Origin: an uncultured Gammaproteobacteria bacterium
Lineage (GTDB): Bacteria; Patescibacteriota; Microgenomatia; Levybacterales; UBA12049
Assembly (NCBI GenBank): GCA_964537895.1
Contig: CAZIDK010000004.1
Coordinates: 1 to 62,052 of the forward strand
DNA length: 62,052 bases
Direction of reading: 5' to 3'
Position 1 is the stretch's first letter. Each line of letters starts with the position of its first letter. The position numbers and the translations under genes were made by a program. Below, piece after piece: positions 35,557 to 44,305 of the stretch. Below the pieces are notes generated by a model. That model saw only the letters and a list, made by a program, of their open reading frames with translations. It was not told the DNA's origin and searched no databases.

Positions 35557-36738
35557 ATGTACAGAAAATTTAATCCGCGAAAAAATACCCGTGGCAAATA
35601 TGCGCACAAATCTCTGCCCAACAGAGAATTAATAGAGGCGATTCGTTCCGTTGACGTAATACAAAAAGGCAAAACTCCGCAAGCAAACGAAGAACCTGTT
35701 TCGGTAAGTTCGTTTACCGGTTTTTCTTTATCTCAAAAACTTGAGGAAAACATATTTTTTAAAAAATATGTTTCTCCGACACCAATTCAGATGCAGGTAA
35801 TTCCCGCCATTATGGCGGATAGAGATGTAATTGGAATTGCAAATACGGGAACCGGAAAAACAGCAGCGTTTTTAATTCCCTTGGTGGAGAAAGTTTTTAA
35901 TAGTAAATCGGAAAAAATTCTTATAGTTGCCCCAACCCGTGAACTCGCCTTGCAGATTCAGGAAGAGCTTCGCGGTTTTGCTAGGGGTTTAGGGATTTTA
36001 TCCGTTCTTTGTATTGGCGGAATGAGTATCGGCAGGCAAAAAAGCGAGCTTAGGCTTAACCCGCACTTTATTATCGGGACTCCGGGACGCATTAAAGACC
36101 TTATTGGAGACCGGGCGTTAGTTTTGTCTGGCTTTAGCAGAGTGGTGCTTGACGAAGCGGACCGCATGGTTGATATCGGCTTTATCCAAGATATTAAATA
36201 TTTCATATCTCTCCTGCCCCAGAACCGTCAATCGCTTTTTTTCTCGGCAACGATTTCGGGTAAAGTAAAAGATATCCTTCATACATTTGTCTATAACCCA
36301 ATTACGGTATCGGTAAAACAGCAGGAAACTGCAGAAACCATAAAGCAGGATGTAATTAGGGTAGAAAAAGGTTATTCAAAAATCGATAAACTGCACGACC
36401 TTTTAACAGAAGAAGGATTCGATAAGGTGCTTATTTTCGGCAGAACGAAATGGGGGGTCCAGAAATTGGCAAACGAACTTATCAGAAGAGGATTTAAAGC
36501 AGGTGCAATTCATGGAAATAAGAATCAAAATCAAAGACAGAAAGTTCTGGAGCAATTTAAAAGAGGCGAAATAAGAGTGCTTCTTGCAACCGACGTTGCT
36601 TCCAGAGGCTTAGATATTCCGGATGTGACCCATGTAATTAATTTTGATATGCCTGCGGATTTAGAAAATTACGTTCATAGAATTGGAAGAACAGGCAGAG
36701 CAAGTAAAAAAGGAATAGCATTAACATTTATAGATTAA
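35557..36738 (+). CDS. DEAD-box ATP-dependent RNA helicase
   Basis: Q motif (PTPIQ), AxTGTGKT (ANTGTGKTA), PTRELA, DEAD (VLDEADRM), SAT, HRIGRTGR. ATG at 35557 is preferred over TTG at 35539. A TTGACT-17-TATAAT promoter lies at about 35375-35403. Confidence 0.9.
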   Translation: MYRKFNPRKNTRGKYAHKSLPNRELIEAIRSVDVIQKGKTPQANEEPVSVSSFTGFSLSQKLEENIFFKKYVSPTPIQMQVIPAIMADRDVIGIANTGTGKTAAFLIPLVEKVFNSKSEKILIVAPTRELALQIQEELRGFARGLGILSVLCIGGMSIGRQKSELRLNPHFIIGTPGRIKDLIGDRALVLSGFSRVVLDEADRMVDIGFIQDIKYFISLLPQNRQSLFFSATISGKVKDILHTFVYNPITVSVKQQETAETIKQDVIRVEKGYSKIDKLHDLLTEEGFDKVLIFGRTKWGVQKLANELIRRGFKAGAIHGNKNQNQRQKVLEQFKRGEIRVLLATDVASRGLDIPDVTHVINFDMPADLENYVHRIGRTGRASKKGIALTFID

Positions 36739-36820
36739 CAATTTAGTCCACATTTATATTTGACGTTATCTACTAATAAATAAAATACGTATTGATTCCT
36801 CAGCCTCCGGCGGCGGCACC

Positions 36821-36860
36821 GCTATAGTGACGCTCTAGTTCCAGAGCGGTATGCTCAGCA
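36821..36860 (+). repeat. module-boundary repeat family, copy D (left arm, diverged)
   Basis: GCTATAGTGACGCTCTAGTTCCAGAGCGGTATGCTCAGCA compared with GCTATAACGACTAAATGGGTCTAGACCGGCATGCTCAGCC in copy C. Confidence 0.6.
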
Positions 36861-37292
36861 TTATTTTTTTATTACTGCGTATCCTTTTGCTTCCCAGTCA
36901 ATCATGCCTCCTGTGTGGTTGTAGACATTAGTATACCCAAGGTTGGTAAGTTTTTGCGCTGCTATTTCACTCATTCTACCACTTCGACAGTACAGAACTA
37001 TTTTGGCATTTTTATCTTTCGGAAGCCGGGAAAGATTTTTATCAATTTTGTTATACGGAATAAAGGCATCGGTTTTTTTAAGCTCTCCTTCATACGGAAT
37101 ATGGACATTGACGAAGAAAAAGTCTTTTTGGTCAAGCATGGCAGCAAGCTCAGAGCTGGTTATATTCTGAAAAGAAAGAGTTTGCGTAGATTGGGTTTGT
37201 GTTTCATCGTCTTTTTGATCAAGCGATACAATAAGCCCTCCTATCAGAAAGATGCTGAAAACAGCTGCAATAACGGCAATTTTTGTTTTCAT
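36861..37292 (-). CDS. rhodanese-domain sulfurtransferase with N-terminal TM anchor
   Basis: Active-site loop YCRSGRMS. Confidence 0.85.
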   Translation of the reverse strand: MKTKIAVIAAVFSIFLIGGLIVSLDQKDDETQTQSTQTLSFQNITSSELAAMLDQKDFFFVNVHIPYEGELKKTDAFIPYNKIDKNLSRLPKDKNAKIVLYCRSGRMSEIAAQKLTNLGYTNVYNHTGGMIDWEAKGYAVIKK

Positions 37293-37296
37293 ATTA

Positions 37297-37692
37297 TTAG
37301 AGTGAATTAATTACTTTTTGCAGTTTTTGTTCAACTTTGTCTGCTATATCGGTAATTTTTTTATTATGCATCATCTGCATTGCAATAGTTGGCCGGATTG
37401 CTGAAACTATTACTTTGTCATTTTCTTCATACACGATTACGTTGCAAGGAAGCAGTAATCCAATTTCCTTTTCTGCTTGTAGCGCTTGATACGCAAACTG
37501 TGGATGACATGCTCCTAAAATAACGTACTGCGGATAAGTAACGTTGAGCTTTTTCTTCAGAGTTTCTTTTACGTTAATTTCTGTTAAAACGCCAAAACCT
37601 TCACGAGATAGCGCACTTTTCACTTTCCTTACCGCCTCTTCAAAAGATCCTGTTACTGTTTTTTGTATACCGTATGTTGTCATATGTCTCAC
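37297..37692 (-). CDS. DUF302 domain protein
   Basis: SFEEAVRKVKSALSREGFGVLTEINV and ILGACHP are typical of DUF302. Confidence 0.8.
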   Translation of the reverse strand: MRHMTTYGIQKTVTGSFEEAVRKVKSALSREGFGVLTEINVKETLKKKLNVTYPQYVILGACHPQFAYQALQAEKEIGLLLPCNVIVYEENDKVIVSAIRPTIAMQMMHNKKITDIADKVEQKLQKVINSL

Positions 37693-37696
37693 CTCC

Positions 37697-38038
37697 CTAT
37701 ACTGTTGTCGTTGAATAACCTTTGCCTCTCCATTGCAAAAGCCCGCCGTTCATGTTAAACACATTTGTATATCCAAGCTGTCTTAGGACTTTTGTTGCGT
37801 AAATGCTTCGTGAGCCGCTTAAGCAATACACATAGAGTGTCTTGGTTTTATCCGCAAAAATAGATTCTGCTTTTTCAGCAATATTATCAACTGGCAACAA
37901 GACGCTTTTTTCCAGATGTCCACGTTTATATTCAGCTGGAGTCCGGACATCAACAAAAATAACATTTGCTTTGGTATCAAGCGCTTGGTTTACCTGTTCT
38001 GCTGTAACCGATGGAATATTTTTTGAAAAACTAAACAT
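37697..38038 (-). CDS. rhodanese-domain sulfurtransferase
   Basis: Active-site loop YCLSGSRS. Confidence 0.85.
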   Translation of the reverse strand: MFSFSKNIPSVTAEQVNQALDTKANVIFVDVRTPAEYKRGHLEKSVLLPVDNIAEKAESIFADKTKTLYVYCLSGSRSIYATKVLRQLGYTNVFNMNGGLLQWRGKGYSTTTV

Positions 38039-38304
38039 TAGGCTATGACCTCCTGAGCAAATTTTTGTAGCTGGAAAGATATCTTTGCTGATTGAGAATA
38101 TGCAAGACTGTAATAGACTTCTTTCCCTCTTTTTTGCGTTGTCACGAGTCCTGCAAGGCGTAATTTATGTAAGTGTTGGGAAACAGCGGATTGAGATAAC
38201 CCGCAGACAGTAATCATCTCCCCGACACTTTTGGGTTTTTTGGCAAGACAGAGAATAAGCTTGAGTCTTGTAGGGTTACCGAATGCAGAAAGAACAGGGT
38301 CCAT
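38038..38304 (-). CDS. ArsR/SmtB family transcriptional regulator
   Basis: FGNPTRLKLILCL, LSQSAVSQHLHKLRLAGLV, EVYYSL. Confidence 0.85.
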   Translation of the reverse strand: MDPVLSAFGNPTRLKLILCLAKKPKSVGEMITVCGLSQSAVSQHLHKLRLAGLVTTQKRGKEVYYSLAYSQSAKISFQLQKFAQEVIA

Positions 38305-38338
38305 GTCTATATATTAGCATATTCTAATATATTGTCAA
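38305..38338 (-). promoter_or_regulatory. promoter with overlapping palindromic operator for the arsR-rhodanese operon
   Basis: Minus strand: TTGACA (38333-38338), 16-nt spacer, TAATAT, then 6 nt to the ATG. The inverted repeat ATATATTAG-N6-CTAATATAT (38309-38332) covers the spacer and the -10 box. Confidence 0.55.
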
Positions 38339-38773
38339 GAGGTTTTGAGACACCTTCTTTTATATTGTCTTCTTTGTTTTACTTCGGTAATACTCAGTGC
38401 TATAGCCCGAAGCAAAGTGTAAATCTTGAGTGATTTTAATCTCGCTTAAAAATACCTTAAACTTCAAAAGTCATTAACCGCTTATCAACGTATTCTTTCT
38501 ATGCTTAAATCCGTTGGTTTAAGATTAAGTAATTCGGAGATCGAATTAATAGCCATTGTCAAGATTTTCATGAATTTTGTGATCCAAATACAGGTACTTT
38601 TTCTTTTAAATAACAAGCGTTTGCAAAAACAGAAGCTTATGCTATACTACACATTAGTCTAACATCGCCTTGGGTGATGCGGAGCAATAAGACGAATGGT
38701 CAAAAACATGCGTTTTAGAGCCGCGAAGCATCATCAATTATAACCGGCCAAGACTAAGGAATGGTTATATTGT

Positions 38774-41629
38774 ATGAACATCACTAAATTTTTTTCCTTG
38801 ACATTCTTAGGCTTAGCGTTTGTTGCTTTTATTTTCTTCTCCGGCATTGTTTCCTTGATTACCGATTGGTGGTGGTACCAGGAAGTTGGGTTTACCGAAA
38901 TCTTTATCAAATCTCTCAGTGCTAAAATCATTGTGGGGGCTCTAGCAGGGCTTATTGCGGCAGCTTTTCTTCTTACGAATTTTCTGATTGCTATCCGTTC
39001 GAAAATACCCTGGTTGATAGCCATCCCCGAAGCGTTAATAGGACAGCCTATAAGTATAAATGATAGGATGGTTAGAAGGTTGGGCATAGTTATAAGCTGT
39101 ATAATTGCCCTTTTCATCGGTCTTATTGCCTCAAGCAGTTGGCAGGATGTCTTGAAGTTTCTTTCAGCCACGCCGTTTGGTCAAACAGACCCGTTATTTG
39201 GTAAAGACATATCTTTTTACGTGTTTTCTCTCCCCATATATTCTTTAGGATTGGGTCTTATAAAAATGCTTATTCTTTTATCCCTTATTGTTTGCGGTGC
39301 CATTTACATTCTACGAGGCAGTCTTAACCTATCAGATATCTTAGGTAAACTTGACCTCTCCAAACTGACCGGAAAACCTGATAGCCCATTCGACAAGCTC
39401 AGGACAGGTCTGATTGTAAAATCGGCAAAAAATCAAGCTTCCCATTCGGCAGGTTCGGCAAGCTCACTGCAAGCAAGCTCAGGGCAGGCTGACCCAAAAG
39501 CAAGACTGCATATCAGCATCCTCTTATCTCTCTTTTTGACTGCTATTGCCATAAGCACGTATCTTTCCCTTTATAATCTGCTTACCACTCAAAGCGGTCC
39601 GGTATTTGGCGCAGCCTTTACTGATGCTAATATCATGGTACCCATCTTGCGCGCATCTGTTTTTGTCTATGGCTTGGCTGCGGTTTTGGCTCTATTTTAT
39701 GGGATTAGCGGAAAGATAACTCCGCTTTTAGGGGCAATTTCCTTGACGGTGTTAGTGGGATTTGCCTCTTTGATTGTTCCTTCAGTCTTTCAAAAACTGG
39801 TGGTTGCGCCTAATGAGTTAGTCAAAGAAACGCCATTTATTAAATATAACATTGAGGCTACCCGCAAAGCATACGGATTGGATAAAATTGAAGAGCGCAA
39901 CATTTCAGCCGATAAACCCATTACCGCAGAAGATATTGCAAACAACAATCTCACAATTAAAAATGTGAGGCTCTGGGAGAGAGAACCGCTCTTGTCCACT
40001 TTTTCGCAAATCCAGGAAATCAGAACGTACTACGAGTTTTCTTCTGTTGATAACGACCGTTACACAATTAACAATGAGCTCCGCCAGATTATGCTTTCTC
40101 CCAGAGAATTGGCTTCGGATAGCCTGCCGAACAAATCCTGGATTAACGAGCGGCTGACTTTTACCCACGGCTATGGTGCTGCTGTCGGACCTGTCAATCA
40201 GGTTACTCCGGAAGGCTTACCGGTATTATTTGTCAAAGACTTACCTCCAAAGTCGGAAGTCAAAGAACTTACTATCACAAGACCGGAAGTTTATTACGGG
40301 GAAATTCCTAACGAGTATGTTATAGTCAAAACCAAATCAAAAGAATTTGATTACCCCAAAGGGGAAGAGAATGTTTATAGTACCTATGCCGGCCGTGGCG
40401 GAGTTGAAATTAATTCTCTTTCGCGACGTCTCTTATATGCAATACGTTTTGGTTCCCTTAAGTTATTTTTATCAAGCGACGTTACAAAAGAAAGCCGTAT
40501 CCTTTATTACCGCAATATAAAAGAAAGAGTCAGTAAAATTGCTCCGTTTCTTACCTTTGACCGTGATCCGTATCTGGTAATCGCCGAAGGCAAAATGTAT
40601 TGGATACTTGATGCTTATACATCAACCAATCGTTATCCTTATTCCCAACCGCTTCCACTAAACGGCGGCGATGTTAACTATATTAGAAATTCTGTCAAAG
40701 TAGTAGTAGACGCATATGATGGGAAGGTTACTTTTTATCAGGCTGATCCGGATGATCCAATCATCAAAGCCTACACCAAAATTTTCCCCAAAACTTTCAA
40801 AAAACCAGCGGATATGCCTAAAGAATTGATTTCCCATCTTCGCTATCCGGAAGATATTTTTACTCTGCAAACTGCAATTTACACTATCTATCATATGGAT
40901 GACCCGCAGATTTTCTACAACAAAGAGGACCAGTGGGAAATCCCTGCTGTTGCCCAGGGGGACGCAGCGCAAACAGAAAATGAGACCCCAACAATGAATC
41001 CACGGCACATGATCATGAAGCTCCCAGGTGAAAAGACAGAAGAGTTTATTTTAATGTTGCCATTCACTCCCCGCGGCAAAGACAATCTCTCTGCTTGGAT
41101 GGTATCCAGAAATGACGACAAGCAGTACGGTAAACTTGTTGTCTACCGTTTCCCCAAAGATAAGCTGGTATTCGGACCCAAACAGATTATTAGCCGGATT
41201 AGTCAGGATGCACAGATCAGCCAACAAATTTCCCTTTGGGATCAAGGCGGTTCGGAGGTAATTCAAGGCTCACTTCTGGTTATTCCCATTGAAGAGTCTT
41301 TGCTCTATGTCCGGCCGCTCTACCTTAAAGCATCGACAGGAAAAATTCCAGAACTCAAACGGGTTATAGTTGCATACGGAAACAAAATTGCTATGGAAGA
41401 AACGCTGGAAGCAGGTCTTACTAAAATCTTTGGCACTGCCAAAGGTCAAACCAAACCATCAGGAGAAATACCTGCTCAAGCTGTGCCTGCCGATATGACC
41501 AAAGAAGGCCTTCTTCAACAAGCCAGTCAAGCGTATGAAGCTGCCATCAGCGCACAACGGGGAGGAGATTGGGGGAGGTACGGCGAGGAGATAAAACGCT
41601 TAGGAGAAATTTTGGGTAAGCTACGCTAA
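38774..41629 (+). CDS. UPF0182 family large membrane protein
   Basis: The N-terminal TM bundle with DWWWYQEVGF and the long C-terminal soluble region are typical of UPF0182. Codons about 198-243 are repeat-derived. Confidence 0.85.
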   Translation: MNITKFFSLTFLGLAFVAFIFFSGIVSLITDWWWYQEVGFTEIFIKSLSAKIIVGALAGLIAAAFLLTNFLIAIRSKIPWLIAIPEALIGQPISINDRMVRRLGIVISCIIALFIGLIASSSWQDVLKFLSATPFGQTDPLFGKDISFYVFSLPIYSLGLGLIKMLILLSLIVCGAIYILRGSLNLSDILGKLDLSKLTGKPDSPFDKLRTGLIVKSAKNQASHSAGSASSLQASSGQADPKARLHISILLSLFLTAIAISTYLSLYNLLTTQSGPVFGAAFTDANIMVPILRASVFVYGLAAVLALFYGISGKITPLLGAISLTVLVGFASLIVPSVFQKLVVAPNELVKETPFIKYNIEATRKAYGLDKIEERNISADKPITAEDIANNNLTIKNVRLWEREPLLSTFSQIQEIRTYYEFSSVDNDRYTINNELRQIMLSPRELASDSLPNKSWINERLTFTHGYGAAVGPVNQVTPEGLPVLFVKDLPPKSEVKELTITRPEVYYGEIPNEYVIVKTKSKEFDYPKGEENVYSTYAGRGGVEINSLSRRLLYAIRFGSLKLFLSSDVTKESRILYYRNIKERVSKIAPFLTFDRDPYLVIAEGKMYWILDAYTSTNRYPYSQPLPLNGGDVNYIRNSVKVVVDAYDGKVTFYQADPDDPIIKAYTKIFPKTFKKPADMPKELISHLRYPEDIFTLQTAIYTIYHMDDPQIFYNKEDQWEIPAVAQGDAAQTENETPTMNPRHMIMKLPGEKTEEFILMLPFTPRGKDNLSAWMVSRNDDKQYGKLVVYRFPKDKLVFGPKQIISRISQDAQISQQISLWDQGGSEVIQGSLLVIPIEESLLYVRPLYLKASTGKIPELKRVIVAYGNKIAMEETLEAGLTKIFGTAKGQTKPSGEIPAQAVPADMTKEGLLQQASQAYEAAISAQRGGDWGRYGEEIKRLGEILGKLR
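39365..39500 (+). repeat. in-frame tandem GC-rich repeats inside the UPF0182 gene
   Basis: CCCATTCGAC...AAGCTCAGGACAGG (39385-39408) and CCCATTCGGC...AAGCTCAGGGCAGG (39441-39488). Encodes PFDKLRTG...SSLQASSGQA. The 15-mer GATAGCCCATTCGAC recurs intergenically at 34927. Confidence 0.7.
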
Positions 41630-41832
41630 TGATTCCGCTTGTCATAATCAGGAAGATACTTTTATCCTTTGCGCCTATGGTGCTTTTCTATCTTTTGAGA
41701 AAAATGCGCAAAGAGCAGCAACCTAAGATAAAATCACATCTGTCTGATTTTGACCCTTCGGCTCCGCTCAGGGCAAGTAAAAGCAAGATTGTGGAAGGAG
41801 AAATTGTAGATGAAAGTAGCAGTAACCGCTGA
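41629..41832 (+). CDS. small membrane protein, hypothetical
   Basis: TAATG coupling to the UPF0182 gene and an N-terminal TM helix. The middle FDPSAPLRASKS is encoded by a GC-rich repeat (41752-41777). Confidence 0.5.
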   Translation: MIPLVIIRKILLSFAPMVLFYLLRKMRKEQQPKIKSHLSDFDPSAPLRASKSKIVEGEIVDESSSNR

Positions 41833-41860
41833 CATGCATTATGGTGTTGGTATGACAATC

Positions 41861-41899
41861 GTTATAAGGATAAGAAGGTTCTAGACCGGCATGCCCGCG
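41861..41899 (+). repeat. module-boundary repeat family, copy E (left arm)
   Basis: GTTATAAGGATAAGAAGGTTCTAGACCGGCATGCCCGCG. Confidence 0.65.
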
Positions 41900-41942
41900 A
41901 TATTGACTTATAAAGGTTCTTAGTTCCATACTTAATTAAATA

Positions 41943-43226
41943 GTGGAAAAACTTAAGTTAAAAATCAAGAAACTTCTTAAAGTTTTAGGGCCGGGCGTTA
42001 TAACAGGAGCCGCAGATGATGATCCTTCCGGTATTGCCACATATTCCCAGACAGGCGCGCAATTTGGTTATGGTTTGCTTTGGACAGCCGTTTTTATGCT
42101 GCCTTTTCAAGCAGGAGTTCAAGAGGCCTGTGCCCGCATTGGGGCCGTAACGGGAAAAGGAATAGCAGCTGTTGTTAAACAGCATTACAGTAAAAAAATT
42201 CTTTACGCGGTTGTACTGCTTGTATTGGTGGCAAATACAATTAATATTGGCGCAAATATCGGTGCAATGGCGGCCGCGGCCGGTCTAATTGTGCCGATAA
42301 ATCCTGCCGTTCTCGCACTCATTTTTACCGCGTCAATGCTTAGTTTGGAAATTTTTACTTCATACAAGGTCTATTCAAGAATTCTAAAATGGCTATGTCT
42401 TTCTTTGCTTGCTTATCCTGTTACGGTTTTTATTGTTACACAGCCGTGGGAAATTCTATTAAAAGCTACGTTTATTCCGCATATTGAACTGAATTTTCAA
42501 TTCTTATTCATTATTACCGCAGTACTGGGCACCACCATTTCACCCTATATGTTTTTTTGGCAGGCATCGGAAGAAACAGAGGAAGAGCGATTGAAGCATC
42601 TCTTGGTGAAAAATAATAAGCCTCGTATCAGTTGGGGATTTATCCGTAATTTGAGGATAGATAATTTTATCGGAATGTTGTTTTCGGAAATAGGAACGTG
42701 GTCGATAATTGTTGTTACCGCAACGGTTTTGAATGCCAATGGATTTACCGATATTAAAACTGCCGCGGATGCGGCAAAAGCATTGGAACCCTTGGTTAGC
42801 ACATTCCCTAACGCAGGATATCTTGCGAAAGTAATATTCGCCGTAGGCATTATCGGTCTTGGATTTTTGTCCGTACCGATTCTTGCAGGGAGTGCAGCTT
42901 ATGCGTTTACAGAAGCATTCAACTTAAATGAGGGGCTTAATTTAAAGTTAAAAAAAGCTCACGGATTTTACGGGGTTATCATTGTTGCCACACTAATTGG
43001 TTTAGTGATTAATTTTATCGGAATTAATCCAATGAAGGCTTTGGTTTTTGCTGCGGTTATTAATGGAGTGGTGGCAGTGCCTCTTATTTTGATAATCGCA
43101 TTAATTGCCAGAAATGAAAAAATAATGGGACAGTACAAAAGCGGTTTGATTTCTAATTTGCTGGTTTTGCTAACTTTTCTTGGGATGGGCCTAGCTGTAA
43201 TTGGCATGCTGTTAGCGTTTAGGTAA
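41943..43226 (+). CDS. NRAMP/SLC11-family transporter, non-canonical metal site
   Basis: GPGVITGAADDDPSGIATYSQTGAQFGYGLLW has DPSG in place of DPGN. GTTISPY replaces the AxxMPH segment. GTG start. Confidence 0.85.
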   Translation: MEKLKLKIKKLLKVLGPGVITGAADDDPSGIATYSQTGAQFGYGLLWTAVFMLPFQAGVQEACARIGAVTGKGIAAVVKQHYSKKILYAVVLLVLVANTINIGANIGAMAAAAGLIVPINPAVLALIFTASMLSLEIFTSYKVYSRILKWLCLSLLAYPVTVFIVTQPWEILLKATFIPHIELNFQFLFIITAVLGTTISPYMFFWQASEETEEERLKHLLVKNNKPRISWGFIRNLRIDNFIGMLFSEIGTWSIIVVTATVLNANGFTDIKTAADAAKALEPLVSTFPNAGYLAKVIFAVGIIGLGFLSVPILAGSAAYAFTEAFNLNEGLNLKLKKAHGFYGVIIVATLIGLVINFIGINPMKALVFAAVINGVVAVPLILIIALIARNEKIMGQYKSGLISNLLVLLTFLGMGLAVIGMLLAFR

Positions 43227-43249
43227 GACGCCAAAAGGAAGAGGGGCGA

Positions 43250-43564
43250 TTGCAAAATAGCTTCAATTGTGGTATACTTGCAGGCAAGTTGACGAACATA
43301 AGCAATAAGGTCTCATTTTCACCCAAGTGTAATCATTGCGGCGGAAAGCTTGCTTTGGTTGAGGAAAAAACCGTAAAAATTGAGAATTACGCCTCTTTAA
43401 TAACCACAAAAACCTATAAATGTTTAAATGAAGAATGTCAGGTAGATATCGATAAAAAAACCGTGGGAAGAATTAAACTTCAAAAGCAGCAGGATTTAGC
43501 AAAAAAAAGCCGGGTAAAAGCAAAAGCAAACATGAGGCTGAACAAAAAGAAAATCTCCCGTTAA
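43250..43564 (+). CDS. hypothetical zinc-ribbon protein with basic tail
   Basis: CNHCGG...CLNEEC. TTG start only. Coding status is uncertain. Confidence 0.4.
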   Translation: MQNSFNCGILAGKLTNISNKVSFSPKCNHCGGKLALVEEKTVKIENYASLITTKTYKCLNEECQVDIDKKTVGRIKLQKQQDLAKKSRVKAKANMRLNKKKISR

Positions 43565-43881
43565 CCTTCGTCCTTGGTTATGAATATAAATCCCTCTTCG
43601 ATAGTATGATCTATTATTACTCCGAGTCCAAAGCCTATTAAAATAAGAGTTATTAGGACGTGATTATTTGTTATCGTAAACGGGACAACCATAAAAGATG
43701 TTAATCCGTACATGCTGTGATGAAAGTGATAGCCCTTATGAAGGCCAATTTTGTCTAGTTTTTTAACCATAGGATGCGATCTATATAAAAAGATAAACCA
43801 CAAACGGCTAGCCGAGAACCCTAGGGAGAATGCAAGTAAAAATAAAACTATCTCTGACATGCGTAAAGATAATTGTAGCAT
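43561..43881 (-). CDS. hypothetical membrane protein
   Basis: 3 TM helices. An alternative ATG lies at 43860. Confidence 0.55.
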   Translation of the reverse strand: MLQLSLRMSEIVLFLLAFSLGFSASRLWFIFLYRSHPMVKKLDKIGLHKGYHFHHSMYGLTSFMVVPFTITNNHVLITLILIGFGLGVIIDHTIEEGFIFITKDEG

Positions 43882-43946
43882 AAAAAATATCTAGATGGAA
43901 ATATCCTAGAATAATTTCCTATGCTGGCATTGAAGCTAAAAATCAA

Positions 43947-44078
43947 TTAGAATTTTAATCCGTTGGGGAAAATAAGCGAGTATAAGTAAAAAATAGAGGC
44001 AATTGTAACCGCGACAAATGTAATTATTAAGATAGTATTTATCAATCTGTTATTTACATATTCTCCCAATATTTTCTT
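43947..44078 (-). pseudogene. remnant of an NRAMP C-terminus (decayed paralog)
   Basis: KKILGEYVNNRLINTILIITFVAVTIASIFYLYSLIFPNGLKF aligns with the last ~43 aa of the 44306-45571 product (KKILGEYSNGRFTNMIVMIIFGVISVASALYFISLFFPNAFNF). There is no upstream NRAMP body. Confidence 0.65.
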
Positions 44079-44305
44079 TTGTCTCCGTTGGGGGCGGAGC
44101 AATGCTTGAGTTTCTAAGTGGCAATAAACTTCCCGGAATTGAAGCACTCCGATAATCGACTTTAGTCTTATAGTTTCTTAAAATTTGCCTGAGTTCAAGT
44201 TTCAAAACATCTCTTTAAGACGGCGCCTTGCGGAAATATATAGTGTCTATGGCTTGCTTATTTTTTAACGCAAGTTTAATAAGATTAGAGTTTAATTTAA
44301 ATTAC

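Noticed and set aside
38501-38662. 53-aa ORF (MLKSVGLRLSNSEIELIAIV...) in the long intergenic gap, with an LSxxEIxxI leader-peptide-like string
   Set aside because: It lacks a double-glycine site and has no SD sequence or promoter. It runs through the predicted UPF0182 promoter and is probably fortuitous in AT-rich sequence.
38734-39171. 145-aa minus-strand ORF overlapping the UPF0182 start
   Set aside because: It is an antisense shadow of a confidently identified membrane-protein gene. It has no promoter or SD sequence, and its composition mirrors the opposite strand.
31497-41899. Integron-like cassette array with the repeat family as attC sites
   Set aside because: There is no intI gene. 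The putative cassettes are multi-gene, up to 5 kb, of mixed orientation, and include core genes (DEAD-box helicase, UPF0182). The GTTRRRY core is seen only by chance in one copy.
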